DNA of 64,000 bases from Spirochaetia bacterium (GTDB lineage: Bacteria > Spirochaetota > Spirochaetia > SZUA-6 > Bin103): assembly GCA_965208575.1 (NCBI GenBank), contig CBDBOV010000002.1, positions 416,001-480,000 on the forward strand, given 5' to 3'. The notes under the pieces are model-generated. The model had not been told where the DNA came from and did not search any database. It saw only the letters and a program-made list of their open reading frames with translations. The translations under genes were made by a program, and so were the position numbers. This document shows positions 8,570 through 15,407 of this stretch, piece after piece (the first letter of the stretch is position 1; each line of letters opens with the position of its first letter).

Positions 8570-9505
8570 ATGTACGGCTACGCCGTGTGCGCGGAGTTGC
8601 CCGCCGGGGACGATCCGCCGGAGTGGCTGCCGCTGATCCCGGCCGGTGAGCGCTTCCAGGGGCGTGACGGACGTACGTTCCGCTCGCCTGGTGCGGCGCA
8701 GATCCTCACGGCCCAGCGCGCCAACAGCGCCATGATCCCGGTCGACATCAATCACTCGGAGGTCGCGAAGGCGCCGCAAGGTGAGCCCTCGCCCGCCGTC
8801 GGATGGATCGAGGCGTTCGAGGAACGCAACGGAGCGGTGTGGGGCCGGGTGTCCTGGAACACCGAGGGCGCCGAGCTGATCGCCCGGAAGGCATACCGCT
8901 ACTACTCGCCCACGTTTCTGATCGACCGGAACGCCGAGGTGCGGATCGTGCACTCGGTGGGCCTGGTCAACAAGCCCAACCTGCTGGTACCGGCACTGAA
9001 CCGGGAGGAACCCATGGATCTGAAGAAGATCGCGGAGGCGCTCGGCCTGAGCGCGAACGCCACGGAGGCGGAGATCCTCGCCGCCATCGCCAAGCGCCCG
9101 GCACCGAACGCGTCCGGCGAGATCGAGATGGTCCCGAAGGCGGACTACGACGTGGTGATGAACCGCGCCGAGACGGCGGAGCAGAAGCTTGCCGAGCGCG
9201 ACGAGAGCGACCTCAAGGCCGAGGCCAGCGCGGCCGTCGACGGCGCCGTCAAGAACCGCAAGATCGCGCCGGCGAGCAAGGGCTACTACCTGTCGCTGTG
9301 CACCACGCGGGAGGGCCTCGACAACTTCAAGAAGTTCGCGGAGTCGGCGCCGAAGGTGATCGACGACCAGGCCGCGGCGCCGGAGGGGAAGGCGCCGGAC
9401 GGCGGGACGAGGCTGTCGCCGGAGGCCGAAGAGGTAGCGCGTCAGATGAACGTCGACGAGGTGATCGCAAACGCCGAGTCCCGCAAGGGCAACAAGAAGG
9501 AGTAG
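8570..9505 (+). CDS. Mu gpI-like prohead protease with internal scaffold (gpZ-like) start at 9014
   Basis: PEWLPLIPAG.F.GRDGR; IPVDINH; PAVGWI; YRYYSPTF; GLVNKPNL. In-frame GGAGG-N5-ATG at 9014 (MDLKKIAEALGL). Confidence 0.88.
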   Translation: MYGYAVCAELPAGDDPPEWLPLIPAGERFQGRDGRTFRSPGAAQILTAQRANSAMIPVDINHSEVAKAPQGEPSPAVGWIEAFEERNGAVWGRVSWNTEGAELIARKAYRYYSPTFLIDRNAEVRIVHSVGLVNKPNLLVPALNREEPMDLKKIAEALGLSANATEAEILAAIAKRPAPNASGEIEMVPKADYDVVMNRAETAEQKLAERDESDLKAEASAAVDGAVKNRKIAPASKGYYLSLCTTREGLDNFKKFAESAPKVIDDQAAAPEGKAPDGGTRLSPEAEEVARQMNVDEVIANAESRKGNKKE

Positions 9506-9509
9506 GTCC

Positions 9510-10691
9510 GTGATCGTAAACAACGCAACCCTCGAGGGGCTGAGGACCACCTTCAGCAAGCTGTTCCAGGCCGGCATCAAGTCGGCGACATCGCGGTGGC
9601 AGCGCGTTGCGATGCGCGTACCCTCGGGCTCCAAGAACAACACCTACGGGTGGCTGCAGCGGGCGCCGCAGATGCGCGAGTGGGCGAGCGGCACCAAGCG
9701 GATGCTGCGGGGCGTGGTCGAGAAGCTGTACCAGCTCCCCAACAAGAAGTGGGAGACGACCATCGACGTCGAGCGGGAAGACATCGAAGACGACAACCTC
9801 GGCGTGTACACGCCGCTCGTCATGATGGCCGGCCAGGAGACGATGGATCACGTCGACCGCCACGTCTTCGACACCCTGCGCCTCGCCCACGCCATCACCT
9901 GCCACGATGGGCAGCCGTACTTCTCGGCCGCGCATCCGCTCGCGGCCAACGTGGACGGGACCGGCGCGTCGCGCAACGTCAGCAACATGCTGCTCGGAGC
10001 ACCGACCGCGGCCAAGCGCACGGCTGGCGCGACTGCAGCAGACGCGGTCAGCACGGCGGGCACGGTCACGGGCTACGCCAAGTACAAGGTACGGTTCACG
10101 ACGGCCGGAGCGATCGGCGCGGCCAAGTTCAAGCTGTCGATCAACGGCGGCGACGAGGGCGACGAGATCGCCGCCGCCGCCGCCGGATACGCGATCCCGG
10201 GCACGGGCATCGCCATCAAGTTGAAGGCGGGCACTGAATTCGTCGTCGACGACGCCTGGGAGTTCGAGGGGCGTTCCCCCTGGTTCCTGCTGCACACCAT
10301 GGCGGCCGTGAAGCCGCTGATCTACCAGGACCGCATGGCGCCGCAGATCGAGAGCATCACCAACACCCAGCAGGACACGGTCTTCATGGAGGACAAGTTC
10401 CTGATCGGCGCCCGCGCCCGGCGCGCGTTCGGGGTCGGCTTCTGGCAGATGGCCGCGATGAGTACTCGCGAGCTCAACGAGGACAACTTCGACGAGCTGT
10501 TCCAGGTGGTGCAGGAGCAGTGCTGGGACGGCGGCGATCCGTGCGGCTTCACCCCGGACATGCTGGTATGCGGCCCGGCCCTGCGCTCGGCGAGCAACCA
10601 GACCATCAAGCAGCAGTACGGCCCGAACGGCGAGTCGAACCCCAACTACTTGGCGGTCGATGTCGAGTGCACGCCCTGGCTGAAGCGGTAG
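9510..10691 (+). CDS. Mu gpT-like major capsid protein with ~90-aa insertion
   Basis: NTYGWL...P.MREW; NKKWETTIDV.REDIEDDNLGVY; CHDGQPYFS..HP; PWFL....VKPLIYQ.R; G.GFWQMA. Confidence 0.9.
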   Translation: MIVNNATLEGLRTTFSKLFQAGIKSATSRWQRVAMRVPSGSKNNTYGWLQRAPQMREWASGTKRMLRGVVEKLYQLPNKKWETTIDVEREDIEDDNLGVYTPLVMMAGQETMDHVDRHVFDTLRLAHAITCHDGQPYFSAAHPLAANVDGTGASRNVSNMLLGAPTAAKRTAGATAADAVSTAGTVTGYAKYKVRFTTAGAIGAAKFKLSINGGDEGDEIAAAAAGYAIPGTGIAIKLKAGTEFVVDDAWEFEGRSPWFLLHTMAAVKPLIYQDRMAPQIESITNTQQDTVFMEDKFLIGARARRAFGVGFWQMAAMSTRELNEDNFDELFQVVQEQCWDGGDPCGFTPDMLVCGPALRSASNQTIKQQYGPNGESNPNYLAVDVECTPWLKR

Positions 10692-10723
10692 GACGCGCCA
10701 TCTCCCGGAGGCGGCAACCAATC

Positions 10724-11155
10724 GTGCGCTTTCTTTCCGTAGACGAGTATCTCGACCGGGCCGGCTCCCAGGTGGTCCCGAAGATCAAGTCGGGACCCAA
10801 CGCGGGACAGGTCGACGTTGCACGGATTCTCGCCGCGATCGAGGATGCGTGCGGCACGGTCCGCGCCTACCTGGCCAAGGACCTGCTGGCGCCGGACGGC
10901 GAGGATGCAGCGAGAGAGGCCATTCCGAAGCGCATCCTGGAGGCGCTCCCCGGCATCGTGTTCCAGCTCGCCCGGTTTCAACTCGCGGACGGGAGCACCG
11001 GCAGCGAGAGCGTAATCGTGAAGGGCTACAACGCTGCAATGGACACGCTCGAGACCCTGCGGGATGAGCCGGACCGGGCGACGGTGGCGGCCGCGATTGT
11101 CGGGGGTCCGGGAACCTGGATCGCGGGTGAGGCGGCCGCGGGAGACGACGTGTAG
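10724..11155 (+). CDS. Mu gp36-like (DUF1320) head-tail connector
   Basis: VD.ARI.AAIEDA...V.AYL...LARFQL....Y..AM..LE; position after capsid. Confidence 0.7.
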   Translation: MRFLSVDEYLDRAGSQVVPKIKSGPNAGQVDVARILAAIEDACGTVRAYLAKDLLAPDGEDAAREAIPKRILEALPGIVFQLARFQLADGSTGSESVIVKGYNAAMDTLETLRDEPDRATVAAAIVGGPGTWIAGEAAAGDDV

Positions 11156-11617
11156 ATGGCCGGTGCTGCAATCGAACTCGACCTGAGCGAAGTGATCGCG
11201 ATGAACCGCGCGATCGCGGCCAGCCTGAAGCAGTTGGGAGCTGCCGATCAGTCACAACTGCTGACGGACCTCGGCGTCGAAATCGAAGGCCAGACCCAGG
11301 AACGCTTCGCCGCGCAACAGGACCCGGACGGCAAGCCCTGGCAGCCGTGGTCGGAGAGCTATGCGGCGCGCCGCGCCGGCGACGGGGGAAGCCTCCTTCG
11401 GCGGCGCGGCGACCTGCAGAGCGACCTTTCCCACCAAGTCGAAGGCGAGGAGATTGAAACCGGGTCGCGCAAGGTATACGCGGCGCCGCACCAGTGGGGC
11501 TTGCCGGAGGCCGGCATTCCGCAGCGCCGGTACCTGGGCTTCGCACCGCGGGACACCGACGAGCTCGGGACGCTCGTGGCGGACTTCGTGCGCGAGCATG
11601 GCGGGCTGGTAGCGTGA
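11156..11617 (+). CDS. Phage virion morphogenesis protein (Mu gpG-like)
   Basis: T.ERF..QQDPDG.PW.P.S; L...G.L; YAA.HQWG; IPQRRYLG. Confidence 0.85.
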   Translation: MAGAAIELDLSEVIAMNRAIAASLKQLGAADQSQLLTDLGVEIEGQTQERFAAQQDPDGKPWQPWSESYAARRAGDGGSLLRRRGDLQSDLSHQVEGEEIETGSRKVYAAPHQWGLPEAGIPQRRYLGFAPRDTDELGTLVADFVREHGGLVA

Positions 11618-12723
11618 CGCTCACCGATGCGCGCCGCCGCGCCAAGAAGTCCGTCGAGGCTGCCGTGGGACACGTCGAAGTGATCGAGCTTGACGGCGTT
11701 CTCGACGCCAAGGAAATCGCGCGGCAGGCGATAGAGCCGCCAGCGGTGCAGGTGTCCACGATGGGCCGCGGCGAGGACGGGATCCGCATTGTCGCCTACG
11801 TGGTGACGCGGACCGAGATGCCCTCCCCGCCTGACGCGCTGCAACTGCTCGACAAGGTCGAGGAGTCGCTCCGCACGCTGCCGGGCGCCGGCCGCGCGAT
11901 CCTCGACGTGCGCACCCAGTGCCTGTACGACTCGCACGCGATGAAGGCAGGGTCGGTTGCACTCTGGGCGGTCACCACGACGTGGCCGGACCTGGCGGCG
12001 CAGGTTGACGCAAGCACCGGGGACGGCAGTTTGATCGCGGACGCCAACGCGTTCCTTGCGCCAGCGGTAGACGGCGCCCTCGGCCTCGCCGACGTGGACG
12101 ACAGCGATGCGGACGCGGTCGCGGACCGCACGCGCCGCCGCGGCATGACGGAGCTGGACCGGCGCCGCCTGGCGCTGGAGGGGCCGCTCCCGTACGCGGA
12201 GGTGCGCCACGGCGAGCCGCCGGCGATCGCGGGCGTGCGCAGCGTCTCCGGCGTGGGCGCGATCGAACGCGTGGGCGCCGGCTCCGGCACCGCCAGGCAG
12301 CGCGGCAACGTGCGGCCGGGGCGTCCGCTCGGTCCGGTGGCCGCGGCGCCGGGCTCGAACTCCTGGCGCCAGCAGGTACACGGCATGCGGGTGTGGCCGG
12401 CGACGGTAACCCTGTGGGCCGGCACGGACGCGCAGGTCGACGCCGCGCTGACCGAGTTGCTGCGCCTGATTCCGCGGCGATGGCGCTGGAGCGACCAGGA
12501 GAACCGGGTGACCGTGGGCCGGGTGGTGGGAGCGACCTACGTACCGGAACGCGGCGCCCACATGGCGAGCGCGGAGATCACGCTGCGCGCGGTCAACCTG
12601 ATCGGCGAGCGCGGCGAGGTGCGTACCGTGACGGTTGGCGTGCGCGTGTCGCCGGACGACGCCGACCCGCTCGAAGGGCACACGCCGCCGATCGAGCGCG
12701 ACCGATACAGGAGGAGGGCGTAG
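11614..12723 (+). CDS. Neck/tail-completion protein: Mu gp37-like N-domain fused to a second domain
   Basis: AYVVT...LY......G.VALWAV motif in the first ~125 aa; 369 aa in total. Confidence 0.55.
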   Translation: MTLTDARRRAKKSVEAAVGHVEVIELDGVLDAKEIARQAIEPPAVQVSTMGRGEDGIRIVAYVVTRTEMPSPPDALQLLDKVEESLRTLPGAGRAILDVRTQCLYDSHAMKAGSVALWAVTTTWPDLAAQVDASTGDGSLIADANAFLAPAVDGALGLADVDDSDADAVADRTRRRGMTELDRRRLALEGPLPYAEVRHGEPPAIAGVRSVSGVGAIERVGAGSGTARQRGNVRPGRPLGPVAAAPGSNSWRQQVHGMRVWPATVTLWAGTDAQVDAALTELLRLIPRRWRWSDQENRVTVGRVVGATYVPERGAHMASAEITLRAVNLIGERGEVRTVTVGVRVSPDDADPLEGHTPPIERDRYRRRA

Positions 12724-12903
12724 ATGTCAGGGAAGAAGGCCGAGCCGCGGAAGCAGGCGGTACGGGACCTCGCGAAGGGGATCGATCCCGTGGTCTACGC
12801 GGGCGTGAGAACGGCGAACGGCTGGGAGGGCAGCGAGGCCATGACGCCGGCCACGTTCGAGCGCGCGGTAGGAGCGTGGCTGCAGAGAGGCTCCGATGTC
12901 TGA
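12724..12903 (+). CDS. Small pre-sheath protein (59 aa), not in ORF track
   Basis: GGAGG SD; MSGKKAEPRKQ...VYAGV...GW...MT...FE.AV..WL; overlaps sheath start. Confidence 0.55.
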   Translation: MSGKKAEPRKQAVRDLAKGIDPVVYAGVRTANGWEGSEAMTPATFERAVGAWLQRGSDV

Positions 12904-14419
12904 TCTCGCACAAGTAGACATCCGGACCAGGGACGGCGGCCTCGGCCGCCGCGGGCGCCAGGCGCGCGGCCTCTTCGCCGCCGTCGGCATCGGCGGCAAA
13001 CCTGCCGATCAACTGGTCGCGACCGTCTCCGGCAGCGATGTGACCGTGGTGCAGCGTGGCAACATCCTGCCGCTGAGCAATCCGCGAGCCGCCGCCGATC
13101 AGCTGGTCGCGGCGCCCCTGCGGGACCTGCTGGTCGCCGCGCTGAGCGTGGCAGGCACGGTATGCTACACCCTGTCGATCAAGGGCAACGTCGGCGTGCC
13201 GACCGGCCCGGCCGCGGCAACGCTGGCGCTGGCCGCGCCCACCAATACCGCCGCGCTCGCCACCGCTGCGCTCGTCGGCACCGTCCGTACGCTGGCGCTG
13301 CGGATCACCGCCACCAATTCGGCGGACAACGTGGTCGCCGGCGCCAAGGTGGTGCCGGTGGTCAACGGCGCCGACGGCGCGGAGATCACGCTCGCCGGCG
13401 CCGCCCGAGTCGCGGGCATTCTCCTGGACTTCGGCGGATCGGGCGTGGCCGTGCAGCTCACCATGGCCGACGGCACCGCCCGCCTGACCGTGGGCGACGT
13501 GTGGACGGTCCCGATCACGGCGAGCAACGCCGCCATCCTGGCGGCCATCGACCGCCTGCTGGAGAGCCGCTACCGCTACGAGTGGATCGACGTCGCCGGC
13601 GTGAGCGGCGAGTCGCTGTGGGCCGCCCTCTCGCTGAAGGGCACCACGGCCCAGAACACCTACAAGCGGTACATCGGCTTCCGCGGCCAGGCGCCGGGGC
13701 CGAACGCCGGTGAGTCGACCGCCGACTACGTCACGCGCATCACCGGCGCGGGCGTGCGGGGCATGACCGAAGACGGCCGCCTGCAGATCTACACGCACGT
13801 GCGCGCCACCGATCCGATCACCGGGGTGACCGCGCCGCGCGGGCTGCTGGAGATCGGAAGCGGGTGGAGCGCGCTGCGCCGGCCGCACGAGCCGGTGGAC
13901 GCGGTCGAGAACGGCCCGCTGCCGGGCGTCGTGTCCCTGTACCCGGAGGACCTGACCACCGCGCAGGTTGCCGCTCTGGCCACCGCCGGCTACACGGTCG
14001 CCCGCACCTATCCAGGGGAGAATGGCGTGTACATCAACGAGGGGCGCACCCTCGCGGCCGCCTCGAGCGACTTCAAGACCGAGGAGCGCCGCCGGGTGAT
14101 TGATCGTATCTGCCGCCTCGTCTACGAGCGGCAGTGGCGGTTCCTCAACTCCACGGCCCAGGTCAACCCGGTTACCGGCGAGCTGGCGAACATCCGCTCG
14201 TTCCGCCGCGCGTCCAACCAGCCGGTTGCGCAGATGGCCAGGCGCAACGAGATCGTGGCCGGCCAAGTCACGATCCCGCCCCTGCAGGACATCCTGGCCA
14301 CCGAGGAGATCGAGAGCCAGATCGACATCGTTCCGCTCGGGAAGCTGCGCAAGATCTCGACCACGATCAGCTTCCGCAACCCGCTGCTCGACGCCCCTGA
14401 CGTCGAGGCGAGCGCATAG
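12896..14419 (+). CDS. Contractile tail sheath (DUF2586-like)
   Basis: V.I...DGGLG N-terminus; L..AGY...RTYPG..GVY...G.TL....SDF...E.RRV.D; I.I.PLG..R.I. Confidence 0.82.
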   Translation: MSDLAQVDIRTRDGGLGRRGRQARGLFAAVGIGGKPADQLVATVSGSDVTVVQRGNILPLSNPRAAADQLVAAPLRDLLVAALSVAGTVCYTLSIKGNVGVPTGPAAATLALAAPTNTAALATAALVGTVRTLALRITATNSADNVVAGAKVVPVVNGADGAEITLAGAARVAGILLDFGGSGVAVQLTMADGTARLTVGDVWTVPITASNAAILAAIDRLLESRYRYEWIDVAGVSGESLWAALSLKGTTAQNTYKRYIGFRGQAPGPNAGESTADYVTRITGAGVRGMTEDGRLQIYTHVRATDPITGVTAPRGLLEIGSGWSALRRPHEPVDAVENGPLPGVVSLYPEDLTTAQVAALATAGYTVARTYPGENGVYINEGRTLAAASSDFKTEERRRVIDRICRLVYERQWRFLNSTAQVNPVTGELANIRSFRRASNQPVAQMARRNEIVAGQVTIPPLQDILATEEIESQIDIVPLGKLRKISTTISFRNPLLDAPDVEASA

Positions 14420-14428
14420 GAGTCGCAG

Positions 14429-14878
14429 GTGCCAGTCAACGGAAACATGTATGACCACGAGTCCCTGGAGATGGAAGTCCCTGGGGTCGGGCAAGCGCTT
14501 TCGCTGACCGAGGTGAACTACAAGGCCGCCAAGAAGGGCAAGACGGTTACCGGATCGCACGGCCTGCCGCGCGCTTACGCGAGGGGCAAGTACGAGGGAA
14601 CGTTCGACTGCACGATCGCGCGCGAGGAGTATCACGCCCTCGCGGAGGCCACCGCCGATACCGGCGTGCTGGGAGCAGAGCCGGTGCCGGTGACGCTCGT
14701 CTACGGCGCGGACGGCGAGGAGCCGACCGAGGACAATCTCGAGGTGAAGATCGAGGAAATCGACACCGGGTCAAAGGAAGACGAGGAGGCAATGGTCAAG
14801 ATCACGGGCACGCATACCGCCGTGGCCGAGATTGCCGGACAGCCCGTCTACGTGGACCCGTTGGGGAGAGCTGAATAG
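14429..14878 (+). CDS. Tail tube protein
   Basis: VNG..YD.ES.E...G.G..P...RGKYE; follows the sheath. Confidence 0.75.
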   Translation: MPVNGNMYDHESLEMEVPGVGQALSLTEVNYKAAKKGKTVTGSHGLPRAYARGKYEGTFDCTIAREEYHALAEATADTGVLGAEPVPVTLVYGADGEEPTEDNLEVKIEEIDTGSKEDEEAMVKITGTHTAVAEIAGQPVYVDPLGRAE

Positions 14879-15237
14879 TGAACAACGCAGTACCGGGGCT
14901 GAAGATCAGCCAGGATGAGGTGGACGCCCTCAAGCAGCGTCACGGCAAGGTCTTCCGCGGGAAGATCATCGTGCACGACCCCGGCGGCGCCAGCCGCGAG
15001 GTGGTGTTCCTGTTCCGCGAGGCGCGGCACAAGGACTCCGAGGCGATGGCTCAGAAGAGCCGCTCCAACCCGGCCGCCGCGGATCGCAACCTGCTGTCGA
15101 GCCTGATCGTGCACCCGCAGAACACCGAGGTGATGGCGCAGCTGCGGGACTCGCCGCTGGCCGTCGCGAACTTCCTCTCGGAGCAAGTACTCCCTTTCTT
15201 GGGATCCAACAGCGAGGCGGAAGCTACCGAAATCTGA
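14878..15237 (+). CDS. Tail assembly chaperone (G-like)
   Basis: VD.LK..HGKVF; lies between tube and tape measure. Confidence 0.7.
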   Translation: MNNAVPGLKISQDEVDALKQRHGKVFRGKIIVHDPGGASREVVFLFREARHKDSEAMAQKSRSNPAAADRNLLSSLIVHPQNTEVMAQLRDSPLAVANFLSEQVLPFLGSNSEAEATEI

Positions 15238-15407
15238 GCCTGCAGGCGCAGCGCCTGTACTGCCGGAAGTGGCTGGGTGTCGACATCTCGGACATGGTCA
15301 TGGCCGATGTCCGGCGACTGGTCGATGACGCGCTGGCAATGCGCAGGCTGGACGTGGTGGCCACGGCGGAAGCGATCGTGATGGCGTTCGGCGGCGATAC
15401 GAAGTAA
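15192..15407 (+). other. Programmed -1 frameshift site CCCTTTC and GT-like extension
   Basis: In-frame C CCT TTC at 15192-15198; the -1 frame is open for 71 codons to TAA 15405-15407, which overlaps the tape measure ATG. Confidence 0.8.

Noticed and set aside
7289-9643. 784-aa minus-strand ORF as one giant endolysin
   Set aside because: Only the last 305 aa (from ATG 8206) look real; the rest is antisense to the protease gene and overlaps the DUF350 gene
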